NCBI GenBank assembly: GCA_963772835.1
Contig: CAVYYZ010000008.1
Span: 256,001 to 320,000, forward strand
From: an uncultured delta proteobacterium
Lineage (GTDB): Bacteria > Desulfobacterota > Desulfuromonadia > Geobacterales > Pseudopelobacteraceae
Length of the DNA stretch: 64,000 nucleotides
Reading direction: 5' to 3'
Shown piece after piece: positions 19,054-29,496 of this stretch. The first letter of the stretch is position 1; each line of letters begins with the position of its first letter. Position numbers and translations under genes: made by a program. The notes below the pieces were generated by a model. That model was not told the DNA's origin. It saw only the letters and a list, made by a program, of their open reading frames with translations, and did no database searches.

Positions 19054-19971
19054 CTACATCTGATTGAATTCAATCGAAACCAGATTCCTGCCCCGCCGTT
19101 TGCTTTCAAACATGAGCTTGTCGGCGCGTTCGACCAGTGATTCCACTGTGTCCCCCTTGAGAGCCACCGTTGCGCCACCCGAAACAGTTACCTTCAGCAT
19201 TTCTCCGTTATCAAGCGTCAAAGCAGAGTTTTCAACCAGCCTGCGCAGGCGGTCGGTAAGCTTAAACAGATCCTCATTCTTTGTATTTACCAGCAGCACG
19301 ACAAATTCTTCGCCTCCCCAGCGACCGATGGTGTCAAACGAGCGCAGGCTGTTGGCTATCGTCGCGCTGATCATTTTGAGGATGCGGTCACCGACGCTAT
19401 GACCGTGGGTGTCATTAATCCTTTTAAAATGATCGGCATCGAAAAACATGACTGAGAAATCAAAGCCGTATCTTTTAAGCTCTTCCAAACGTGCCGCAAG
19501 AGATATTTCGACAAAGCGACGGTTGGCAATGCCGGTCAGTAAATCGTGCATCGCCAGATCCTGAAGTTCTTCAAGTCGTTGGCGCATGGCATAGCGTGGT
19601 GAACTGCTGCTGTGAATCTCTACGGCAACCACGTAGTGCTGATCAACCTCACGTACCGGGGCGATCCTGATCGATATCGGCAGCAGATGGCCTTCTTTGT
19701 GGCAAATGTACGCTTCGACTTCGGTCAGGGTTGAAATGTCGAAAACCCGCCGTATCGGGCAGGTATCGCTTTCGCAGAGATGCCTCCCCTGTTTGTCAAG
19801 CGGCTTGAAAATGTCACAATAATTTCTGCCCTGAACATCTGCAGAATTGTAGCCGGTCAGGTTTGTGGCTCCCTTGTTCCAGTACGTGATGCATCCTTCC
19901 TTGTCCACAAAGAAGATTCCGTCGTACAGATTGTCGAGAATCTCACGGTAAAAATCGACAGTTTCCAGCAT
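19054..19971 (-). CDS. PAS-domain diguanylate cyclase
   Basis: N-terminal PAS domain; DLLTGIANRR, DADHFKRIND, RSFD I-site and GGEEF. Start uncertain, ATG 19971 chosen. Confidence 0.92.
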   Translation of the reverse strand: MLETVDFYREILDNLYDGIFFVDKEGCITYWNKGATNLTGYNSADVQGRNYCDIFKPLDKQGRHLCESDTCPIRRVFDISTLTEVEAYICHKEGHLLPISIRIAPVREVDQHYVVAVEIHSSSSPRYAMRQRLEELQDLAMHDLLTGIANRRFVEISLAARLEELKRYGFDFSVMFFDADHFKRINDTHGHSVGDRILKMISATIANSLRSFDTIGRWGGEEFVVLLVNTKNEDLFKLTDRLRRLVENSALTLDNGEMLKVTVSGGATVALKGDTVESLVERADKLMFESKRRGRNLVSIEFNQM

Positions 19972-20122
19972 GCGTACCCCCATTAAATGTGCGGGAATAA
20001 TAGGACTGTTTGCATTTGAATGCAAGGTGCAAATAGGTGGTACCGTACAGGACGTTCACAGGTCACAACAACGGGGAAAAAACGCCCCGGAGAGGGGCGT
20101 TACAGGGTAGTGGCGGGAGGGG

Positions 20123-20599
20123 TCAGATGTAGTACATGACGCGATGATCGACCTCGTTTTTGATGCCCATATCATGGGCACGCTGACAGAGGGTTTGCAG
20201 TGTCATATCGCCAAACAGGGTGTTAAGAAGCGTGTTTGCTTCTGCCCAGACGGTCTGTGTTACACATTGTCCTTCAAAAGGACATTCGTTTTTGCGACGG
20301 AGTTTCTTTGGCGTGGCTCCTGCGCAGTCAACCAGTAATACGTCCTGCTCGGTGGCATTCAGAATTTCAAGAACCGTAATTTCTTCAGGTTTGCGTGACA
20401 GCGCATAGCCCCCCTGTGGCCCACGCTTGCTTTTCAGGAGGCCGGCGCGCTTCAGGTTCTGGAATATCTGTTCAAGGTAACGGGGAGAAATCTGTTGCCG
20501 TCGGGAGATGTCCTGAATCTGGGCAGGTGCAGGGCCGCAGTTATAGGCAATGTCGAACATGGCCCTCAGGCCGTATCTGCTTTTGGTGGAGAGGCGCAT
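20123..20599 (-). CDS. Rrf2 family transcriptional regulator
   Basis: MRLSTKSRYGLRA, YLEQ and RGPQGGY motifs with three C-terminal Cys. Confidence 0.92.
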   Translation of the reverse strand: MRLSTKSRYGLRAMFDIAYNCGPAPAQIQDISRRQQISPRYLEQIFQNLKRAGLLKSKRGPQGGYALSRKPEEITVLEILNATEQDVLLVDCAGATPKKLRRKNECPFEGQCVTQTVWAEANTLLNTLFGDMTLQTLCQRAHDMGIKNEVDHRVMYYI

Positions 20600-20712
20600 A
20601 CTGTTCCTCCGGATAGAATAAAATGAGGAAAATCATTACGGAAGCATCGTGTGGTTGTCAAGGAAATAAACAGTCGGAAGGCTGCTTCGCAGATATGTGA
20701 CTGAGATCTGAA

Positions 20713-21444
20713 CTATCGCGCGGTGCGGGCAATTGTTACTGCAGTCACGACGTCAGCCCCGGCTTTTTTCAGCTCTTTGGCACATTCGTTCATTGTGCTG
20801 CCTGTTGTCATAATGTCGTCCAGAAGCAGTATCCGATTTCCTGCAACGCAGTCGGGTCTGGTGACCGTAAAGGCTCCCTTGACATTCAGGCGCCGCACTG
20901 CGGCCGGGAGGTCAATCTGAGGCTCAGTCGGCCGTGTCCGGGTGAGGACATGTGGCAGCATCGGTAGAGAGCACCGGTGCGATAGTACCTTCCCGAGGAG
21001 TACCGCCTGGTTAAAGCCTCGCTGCCGAAGGCGGGAACGGTGTAACGGAACGGGAACTATGAAATGCGGGTTCTGTCCGGCAATAAATTCGCTCATGCCT
21101 TCAACGATAAGAAGTGCAAGCGGTTTTCTCAGATATGTTTTCTGATTGTATTTGAAGGCGTGGATCATGTCGCGAATGGGTCCTTCATACAGAAAATGTG
21201 CCCGGGCCGTATCAAAACCGGGTGGATGGGTTAGGCAGGCTCCGCAGCAATGATCGGAGCCTGCCCCGACAAAAGGAATCCCGCAGACAGGGCAGAGCGG
21301 CGAAGCAACAAGAGGCAGGTGCTCTCGGCATGTCGGGCAGATATGCAGTGTGTCGGCATCCGGTATATGGTCATGGCAGATGTGGCAGAGAGGCGGCAGA
21401 ATGGAGTCAAGCAGTGCCTGGAAGAACGGCCTGACTCCATTCAT
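20713..21444 (-). CDS. comF: ComF family protein (double zinc ribbon + PRTase-like)
   Basis: Four CxxC pairs, VPVPLH, RGFNQ and LLDDIMTTGST. Confidence 0.88.
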   Translation of the reverse strand: MNGVRPFFQALLDSILPPLCHICHDHIPDADTLHICPTCREHLPLVASPLCPVCGIPFVGAGSDHCCGACLTHPPGFDTARAHFLYEGPIRDMIHAFKYNQKTYLRKPLALLIVEGMSEFIAGQNPHFIVPVPLHRSRLRQRGFNQAVLLGKVLSHRCSLPMLPHVLTRTRPTEPQIDLPAAVRRLNVKGAFTVTRPDCVAGNRILLLDDIMTTGSTMNECAKELKKAGADVVTAVTIARTAR

Positions 21445-22098
21445 CTAAAAGCCCATTTCAGCGTTGACTACCAACACATGGAGATCAGTAAAGCGGGGTT
21501 TGCGATCGATAATCGTAGTTACTCTGCAGAGCCGGTCGGGTGAGTGGCAATCGCTGCAGAAACCGGTCGAAGAACAGGGCGTTTTGAAATTGAGTCGTTT
21601 TGAATTGGGGGGGGTCGCCCAGCTTTTGACCCGTTCGATGGCATCCTGTGGTGTCCCGTCAACCAGTTTGTTGCGGCCGGCAACGACAATCACCTTGCGT
21701 GGGCCAAAGAGCATTGCTCCGACCCGGTTACCGGTGGCATCAATGTTAACCAGTTCACCGTTCAGAGTCAATGCGTTGCAGCCTGAGAGAAACAGGTCGC
21801 ACGTTAACTGGCGGCGCATGATGGCCATTTTTTCATCACGCGAGAAAACCGGGCTGCCATGGTTAAGGATCTCTTTACCCTGCTCCCGTAGCACCTGTTC
21901 TACCCCCAGAGAAACTATCGACATTGAGCCGCCGAAACCTATGGTAACAGCATCAGCTGCACCTGCGAGAATATACTCTGCAGCATCCTGCGGAGTGTCG
22001 CAGTACACGGCAGTAAAGTCATTCTTCTCAAGTGCCGCAACCGCCTTGCGGCACTTCTGCTCATGTGTCCACATGACAAGCTCTTCCGTCATACCCAT
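21445..22098 (-). CDS. LUD-domain (lactate utilization C-like) protein
   Basis: GFGGSMS, NALT.NGELVNID..GNRV and a Cys-rich C-terminus. Confidence 0.82.
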   Translation of the reverse strand: MGMTEELVMWTHEQKCRKAVAALEKNDFTAVYCDTPQDAAEYILAGAADAVTIGFGGSMSIVSLGVEQVLREQGKEILNHGSPVFSRDEKMAIMRRQLTCDLFLSGCNALTLNGELVNIDATGNRVGAMLFGPRKVIVVAGRNKLVDGTPQDAIERVKSWATPPNSKRLNFKTPCSSTGFCSDCHSPDRLCRVTTIIDRKPRFTDLHVLVVNAEMGF

Positions 22099-22108
22099 AG
22101 CATCCCCC

Positions 22109-22675
22109 CTACTTTACAACTTTGACTGACTTGATGATGACAGGGGTCTCGGGGACATCAGGAAATCCACGGGTTACCGTCTTTACAGACCTGATTTTAT
22201 CTACAACGTCCATACCTTCCAGTACTTTGCCGAAAACCGCATATCCGAAACCGTCCGGACTGGGGCGGTTGAGCCCATCGTTATTTTTTACATTGATAAA
22301 AAATTGAGCGGTGGCACTGTCAGGTGCTCCCGTACGAGCCATGGCGATAGTACCACGGTCATTTTTCAAGCCATTTGTCGCTTCATTTTTTATGGGCGGT
22401 TTTGTTGTCTTCTGTTTAAATTCTGCGGAAAAACCACCACCCTGGATCATAAAGTCCTTGATAACCCGATGGAATATAGTCCCGTTGTAAAAGCCGCTTT
22501 TCGCATAATCAAGAAAGTTTTTGACGCTGACAGGCGCTTCTTTTTCAAACAGCTCTATCTTGACTGCTCCAAGACTTGTTTCCATAGTAACAACAGGGTT
22601 CTTATTCCCCTCAGCGCAGGCAATACCTGCCATGAAACAGACCAGCATAATAACACGAAGCAATTTTTTAATCAT
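22109..22675 (-). CDS. ppiA: Periplasmic cyclophilin-type peptidyl-prolyl isomerase
   Basis: Signal peptide; FHRVI..FMIQGGG, AMART and YAVFGKV motifs. Confidence 0.92.
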   Translation of the reverse strand: MIKKLLRVIMLVCFMAGIACAEGNKNPVVTMETSLGAVKIELFEKEAPVSVKNFLDYAKSGFYNGTIFHRVIKDFMIQGGGFSAEFKQKTTKPPIKNEATNGLKNDRGTIAMARTGAPDSATAQFFINVKNNDGLNRPSPDGFGYAVFGKVLEGMDVVDKIRSVKTVTRGFPDVPETPVIIKSVKVVK

Positions 22676-22744
22676 GATACCCTCCGAATAAATTTGACTG
22701 AGAAATGGTGGTTACTATACGACAGGCGGTCCGTAAAATCAATA

Positions 22745-23698
22745 TCAGCCGGCACAGCCCCGTACCAGTTCCGCCAGGCACCGGATAAACAGCGGAGAGT
22801 CGTTAAGAGACTCCATGCGGCGGAAGTTGGTGATGCCGAGGTGCTCGGCAACCTCACGATACTCAATGTCAATTTCGTGCAATGTTTCAATGTGATCGGA
22901 AACAAACGACAGCGGTACCACCAAAACATCAGTATGACCTGCTGCGGCAATTTCCTTCAGCTTTTCGCCGGTGGACGGCTCCAGCCATTTGACAGGACCG
23001 GCTCGCGACTGGAAGGCGAGATGGTGCGAAACATCGCCGAGCTGTTCCATGACAAGCCGCACCGTCGCCTGAATGTGGTCAAGATAGGGATCACCTTCGG
23101 TAATAAATGACTGCGGCAGAGAATGGGCAGAAAAAAAGAGTTGTACCCTGGAACGTTCAGAAAACAGGGCAAGGGATTGATCAATCTTTTCCGCCAACGC
23201 CTTGATATAGAGGGGGTGATCGTAAAACTGGCGTACGGAATGAACCTCAAACGGGGTAGAACTCTTTTTCAGCGAGCGCTTCAGATCATTAAAACTTGAT
23301 CCGGATGTGGCACGGGAATAATGCGGGTAGAGCGAGACGGCTATGACCTTTCTGATGCCCGTTTTTTCGATGGCTGCCAGCGCTTCCGGGGCAAAAGGGT
23401 GCCAGTAACGCATGGCGACAAAGCAGCGATAGGATTCTCCCAACTCGCTTTCAAGCGCAGCCGCCTGCTGTTCTGTCAACTTGCGCAACGGCGACTTGCC
23501 GCCGATCTGTCGGTAGTTGGCAGCGCTCTTGGGAGCCCGGCGCTTAACGATCATCCTGGCAATAAAAGGCTGCAGAAAAGCCGGTCCGATTTTTATAATT
23601 TCGCGATCGGAAAAAAGGTTGTAGAGAAATGGTTCTACCGACTCCAACGAATCCGGTCCTCCCATCTGGAGCAGCAGCACGGCGGTCTTTTCAGGCAT
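22745..23698 (-). CDS. hemH: Ferrochelatase
   Basis: [25 protein letters not shown] and F.SDHIETL.EID motifs. Confidence 0.95.
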   Translation of the reverse strand: MPEKTAVLLLQMGGPDSLESVEPFLYNLFSDREIIKIGPAFLQPFIARMIVKRRAPKSAANYRQIGGKSPLRKLTEQQAAALESELGESYRCFVAMRYWHPFAPEALAAIEKTGIRKVIAVSLYPHYSRATSGSSFNDLKRSLKKSSTPFEVHSVRQFYDHPLYIKALAEKIDQSLALFSERSRVQLFFSAHSLPQSFITEGDPYLDHIQATVRLVMEQLGDVSHHLAFQSRAGPVKWLEPSTGEKLKEIAAAGHTDVLVVPLSFVSDHIETLHEIDIEYREVAEHLGITNFRRMESLNDSPLFIRCLAELVRGCAG

Positions 23699-23701
23699 AT
23701 C

Positions 23702-24019
23702 TCACGCCCGGATCATGGTCAGAAGCATCTTGAATGGCTTGACCGCTTTCAGCTCGTGGGGAATGTTAGCCGGCATAATAATCAGCTGACCGGAGTGTAC
23801 GGTTTGTGCTTCTCCGTTTATAACCACCTCAGCCTCCCCGTCAACCACCTGAACAACAGCGTCGAAAGGCGCAGTATGCTCACTCAGTCCCTGTCCGGCT
23901 CCAAACGAAAACATCGTCAGTGTACCGATTTTCTTGTCGATAAGTGTCTTGCTGACGACCGAACCATCCTGATATGAAACGAGTTCACTCAATGTCAATG
24001 CCGTACCAATTAGTTCCAT
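23702..24019 (-). CDS. Cupin domain protein
   Basis: GQGLSEHTAPFDA and MPANIPH cupin motifs. Confidence 0.88.
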   Translation of the reverse strand: MELIGTALTLSELVSYQDGSVVSKTLIDKKIGTLTMFSFGAGQGLSEHTAPFDAVVQVVDGEAEVVINGEAQTVHSGQLIIMPANIPHELKAVKPFKMLLTMIRA

Positions 24020-24075
24020 ATGTTTTCCTCTCTTCCTGCGGGTTATATTCCATTCAGCATACTATCGCATCAGCC

Positions 24076-24111
24076 AAAAAAAACAAAGGCGGAAAACCGA
24101 AGTTTTCCGCC
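24076..24111 (-). terminator. Intrinsic terminator of groEL
   Basis: Stem GGCGGAAAAC/GTTTTCCGCC, UUCG loop and U-tract on the minus strand. Confidence 0.85.
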
Positions 24112-24152
24112 CGTGTATAAAACAAATGCATTACAGGTTACGGATGTACTGT

Positions 24153-25829
<1,677 letters not shown>

Positions 25830-25870
25830 TTAGTATGGTTTGAATTGTCAGAAACGCGAAACGGTTGAAC

Positions 25871-25967
25871 TTTCGATGATGGCTTCTCCGGTCTGCGAGC
25901 TCGCGGAGACGTACCATAAGGAACGTCGCACAAGGCGTAAAGAAGGCCGGTGAGACCAGCTCGGAAA
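25871..25967. repeat. Imperfect palindromic (REP/MITE-like) element between groES and groEL
   Basis: Outer arms TTTCGATGATGGCTTCTCCGGTCT / AGGCCGGTGAGACCAGCTCGGAAA are imperfectly complementary; central hairpin GACGTACC-ATAA-GGAACGTC. Confidence 0.5.
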
Positions 25968-25978
25968 AACAGCCGATT

Positions 25979-26266
25979 TTATTCTACAACGGCCAGGATG
26001 TCGTCTTCACGCATCATAAGGTAGTCGTTGCCATCAACTTTAACTTCGGTTCCGGCGTATTTGCCGAACAGAACGATATCGCCGACTTTTACATCCAGCG
26101 GCAGCACTTTGCCATCTTCGGTTTTCTTGCCATTTCCGGCTGCTACGATTTCACCGCGCTGCGGCTTTTCTTTAGCGGTCTCAGGGATGAAAAGCCCCCC
26201 AGCGGTTTTGGTCTCTTCTTCGACGCGTTTCACAATGATACGGTCCTGCAGTGGTCGTAAATTCAT
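25979..26266 (-). CDS. groS: Co-chaperonin GroES
   Basis: [17 protein letters not shown] and KVGD.VLF.KY motifs. Confidence 0.99.
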   Translation of the reverse strand: MNLRPLQDRIIVKRVEEETKTAGGLFIPETAKEKPQRGEIVAAGNGKKTEDGKVLPLDVKVGDIVLFGKYAGTEVKVDGNDYLMMREDDILAVVE

Positions 26267-26314
26267 CTTTACTTCTCCTTTCTATCCTTGTGTGGTGTGG
26301 TGGTTAATTTGAAA

Positions 26315-26341
26315 TTAGCACTCGAGACTGCCGAGTGCTAA
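26315..26341. promoter_or_regulatory. CIRCE element (HrcA operator)
   Basis: Perfect TTAGCACTC-N9-GAGTGCTAA upstream of groES. Confidence 0.97.
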
Positions 26342-26350
26342 CACTATCGG

Positions 26351-26379
26351 AATATAAACAGCGCCCCTTCAAAAATCAA
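26351..26379 (-). promoter_or_regulatory. Sigma70-like promoter of groESL
   Basis: Minus strand TTGATT-17 nt-TATATT immediately upstream of CIRCE. Confidence 0.65.
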
Positions 26380-26594
26380 GGGGTATCTATAATTATTTTA
26401 TGACTGTGTACAATACGGGCAGGAGTTGTATGACTAGAGAAACCACGGAAAGCAATACCTGTTTGCCGTCCCGGTTCAAAACCAGTGGGAGAAACTTCTT
26501 ACAGGTAATCTGTATATGGCGTGTTGCGGTATATTACGTACTCAACTGTATTTGTTTCGGAAAAGAGGCAGTGTGCGACTCACACCTCCAGGCA

Positions 26595-26981
26595 TCAAAC
26601 GGACCTTTTCTTCAGTTCGTTCGGGTACCTGTAGGTATATCCGCGATTGGCAGCTCTTAAAGGGTCTACACCCACCGTAACCCATCCGGTAATCCTCTTG
26701 AATTTGACGATTTTGTTCGATTCTATCAGTACGTCCAGCATTCTATCAGAAACGTAATCATAACGATTGTCGGTAAATTCCACCTGCACAATATTCTTAA
26801 CTTCTTCTGTCGGTTTGTAACTTGCAACGCGCTGAAAGCGTCGAAGAGGTTCACGCCCTACTGTCACCCAACCGGAAGAACGCCTGAACCCGATGATTTC
26901 GTTTGAAATTATCAGCTTTTGAAGCATGCTGTCTTTTACATAGTCGAAACGGTTGTCTGCATAATGTACCTGAATAAGCAT
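26595..26981 (-). CDS. GSU3473-family protein with two tandem repeats
   Basis: Two copies of I.V...DNR.DYV...ML..LI....I..F.R..GWVTVG..P.R; GAGG RBS before ATG 26981. Confidence 0.75.
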   Translation of the reverse strand: MLIQVHYADNRFDYVKDSMLQKLIISNEIIGFRRSSGWVTVGREPLRRFQRVASYKPTEEVKNIVQVEFTDNRYDYVSDRMLDVLIESNKIVKFKRITGWVTVGVDPLRAANRGYTYRYPNELKKRSV

Positions 26982-27138
26982 GATCACGCCCTCTTGGTGA
27001 AATAATACCAAAAGGGTCCTGTTGAGTCAAATTATATTTTAATGACAAATCAGTAACTCATCTATTGTGCCCGCCCGGTTTTTGCCGGAGCCTACCGATA
27101 CAGAACGTCTGAAAGGGAGCAATTTCATTGTTACAATC

Positions 27139-28467
27139 TCAGACGTGTAAAATCGGCCAGCCGACTTCAAGATCGGGCGGATAGAAATTCTCTTTCGTAC
27201 GGTTGTAATAACCGAACTGCAAACGGGGGAACTCTTTTTTCAGTTTCTGCAGAAGACGATACATGCCGATTCCCTTCCCCTGCGCACCCATTTCGCGGTT
27301 GTAGTACTCCGGATCGATCGAGAGATTACGCATCTGGATCATATCGATATTCGTTTTGGCGACAAATTTCATCAGAGCCTCAACTTCCTCCGGTGCATCC
27401 GAAACACCGGGCGATACCAGATAGTTGATAGAGGTGAAACGGCCGGCCTCTTTTGCTATATGCACGGATCGTAACACGTCATTAAACAAATATCCTCTGG
27501 GACGGTAATAGCGGTTGTAGGTGTCTTCGCGCACCGAATTCATCGAAAAGCGGAATGAATCCATCCCGGCGTCGCAAAGAAGCTGTACCCGTTCCGGGAT
27601 CGAGCCGTTCGAGTTGAAATTGACCGTGCCGCGCGACGTCCCTTTTTTCATGCGTCTGGTCGCCTCCGCAATCGTGTCCGCCTGCAGAATCGGATCTCCT
27701 TCACACCCCTGACCGTAGGAAACGATAGCCTGCTCGGCATTTTCCAGGTGGGGGAGGGCGAGCTCGCACAGCTCATCGGGTGTCGGGACGAAGCTGATCC
27801 GGTCGTGATTGGAGGGGCAGCATTCTGACGCCTGAAGGCTGATGCATCCCAGACAGGCCGAATTGCAGACCGGCGAGGTTGGCAACGGTGCTTCCCAGCG
27901 GCGATAGAAGAGGTTTTTGGCGGCAAAACAGTGGTAATCAACGGCGCAGCGTGACAGCTGCTCCAGCAAGCGGTTATCCGGCATCTGTTTCAGCATCGCC
28001 CTGACCAGCGGGTCAAGGGTGCGATCATCATAATTTACCGGATTCCAGTTACTGTTGTTGTCTACCTTGGTGGCGGCGACTACGAAACAATCACGATCCT
28101 CGTCCCACCCGACGGCAGTATACGACCAGAGCGGCAGAAGTTCGGTCTTCTTTGAGTAATCGCATGCCGGCAGCAAAGTTCGCAGGTAGCCTGGGGCCAT
28201 GAAGGCGGAAACTGCCTGGATCCGCTGACTCCGTTTTCCCTCCCGCAGTGTGTCGACTGTGATGAACGTCTTCTTGCGCGGGTCCCAGGCGACCGGCGGC
28301 ATGGCTGGCATGGTAAAGAGCCTGCTGTCCTCGGGAAGCGGAATCAGTTCGACATCTTCCGGCAGGGTCGGTACAGAACCGTTCATCCCGGCCATGCAGA
28401 GTTCCGGGTGGTCGAAAATATTTCCTTTATGATCGGCATACAACATTTTTGGCAGGCGTCGTGACAC
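27139..28467 (-). CDS. Radical SAM protein of unknown function
   Basis: CNSACLGC (CxxxCxxC) and SYGQGCEGDP motifs; long N-terminal extension. Confidence 0.9.
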   Translation of the reverse strand: MSRRLPKMLYADHKGNIFDHPELCMAGMNGSVPTLPEDVELIPLPEDSRLFTMPAMPPVAWDPRKKTFITVDTLREGKRSQRIQAVSAFMAPGYLRTLLPACDYSKKTELLPLWSYTAVGWDEDRDCFVVAATKVDNNSNWNPVNYDDRTLDPLVRAMLKQMPDNRLLEQLSRCAVDYHCFAAKNLFYRRWEAPLPTSPVCNSACLGCISLQASECCPSNHDRISFVPTPDELCELALPHLENAEQAIVSYGQGCEGDPILQADTIAEATRRMKKGTSRGTVNFNSNGSIPERVQLLCDAGMDSFRFSMNSVREDTYNRYYRPRGYLFNDVLRSVHIAKEAGRFTSINYLVSPGVSDAPEEVEALMKFVAKTNIDMIQMRNLSIDPEYYNREMGAQGKGIGMYRLLQKLKKEFPRLQFGYYNRTKENFYPPDLEVGWPILHV

Positions 28468-28627
28468 GGAGGTGCTCCTGATGTTTTTTCGGTAACCTAC
28501 AGAGAGGTGACAGACTACCGCTATAAATTTTCATGTCAAGCGGGAATGTTTTATTGTTGCATACGAACGCAATATGCAGAAGAATGTGGAATCGCAGATT
28601 CAGTAACTATCAGTTGGGTTAATTACT

Positions 28628-29421
28628 ATGAACAGAATTGCAGCAGGACTGCTTGCTTTTATCATCACTGCCGGCTCTTCCGCCTTCGCCGGTTCACCGC
28701 CCCCATCAGTGGAAAGCCTGAAACAACTCAATGCGGCACGATACGCCGGTGTTACACCAGCCCGGTGGGGGAAAAAATCACCGGTGTCCGCACCCGGCTT
28801 GACACCGGTGAGAAAGTTATCGCACTGACACTTGATGCATGCGGCAGTGCCAGGGGTAAGGGTGTTGATGCCCGGCTGATGGAGTTTCTGATTGCCAATC
28901 AGATACCGGCCACACTCTTTATCAATGGCCGCTGGATTGATGCAAATCCCGAGTTGTTCAGAAAATTGGCCGCAAACCCGCTTTTTGAGATAGCCAACCA
29001 CGGCATGTACCACAAGCCGGCCTCGGTCACCGGACGTTCCATATATGGCATTGCCGGGACGCAGAACGCCGGTGAAGTGGTTGAGGAGATCGAGTTGAAT
29101 GCCCGGAAAATTGAGGCGATCAGCGGGGTGAGGCCGAAGCTGTATCGTTCGGGTACCGCCTATTATGACGAGATTTCGGTTCAGATATCTCAAGGACTCG
29201 GTCATGAGGTCGCCGGCTATTCGCTGCTGGGAGATGCCGGTGCGACCTGGAGCGCTGCCCAGGTTAAAGAGGCACTCTTGAAGGCGGTGCCGGGTGATAT
29301 TGCCCTATTGCATATGAACCACCCTGAAGCAGGGACAGGAGAGGGTATTATGGCGGCTGTACCGGAGTTGGAGCGTCGAGGGTTCAGGTTTGTCAGGATG
29401 TCGGATTATCCGTTGAAGTAG
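28628..29421 (+). CDS. Exported polysaccharide deacetylase (CE4/NodB-like), with an apparent frameshift at ~28767-28771
   Basis: A signal-peptide ORF from 28628 joins the catalytic frame (ALTLDAC, ATLF, IANHG..H, LLHMNH) if one G is added to the G5 run. Confidence 0.85.
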
Positions 29422-29435
29422 TCCCGGCCGCAGAG

Positions 29436-29478
29436 ACTAAAAAAGCCCCGAACGTGTAAAGAACGGGGCTTTTTAGTG
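29436..29478. terminator. Bidirectional intrinsic terminator
   Basis: ACTAAAAAAGCCCCG...CGGGGCTTTTTAGT between convergent genes. Confidence 0.85.
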
Positions 29479-29496
29479 CAATCAAAACAATTGCAG

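Noticed and set aside
19054..19971. Possible Hypr GGDEF (3',3'-cGAMP synthase of the Geobacter GacA type)
   Set aside because: The specificity position reads GHSVGD (Asp), the canonical c-di-GMP signature, not Ser/Thr.
26400..26660. Plus-strand ORF upstream of groES with an AGGAG before ATG 26430
   Set aside because: No recognisable motif and it overlaps the 3' end of the GSU3473-like gene; I cannot support it as a gene.
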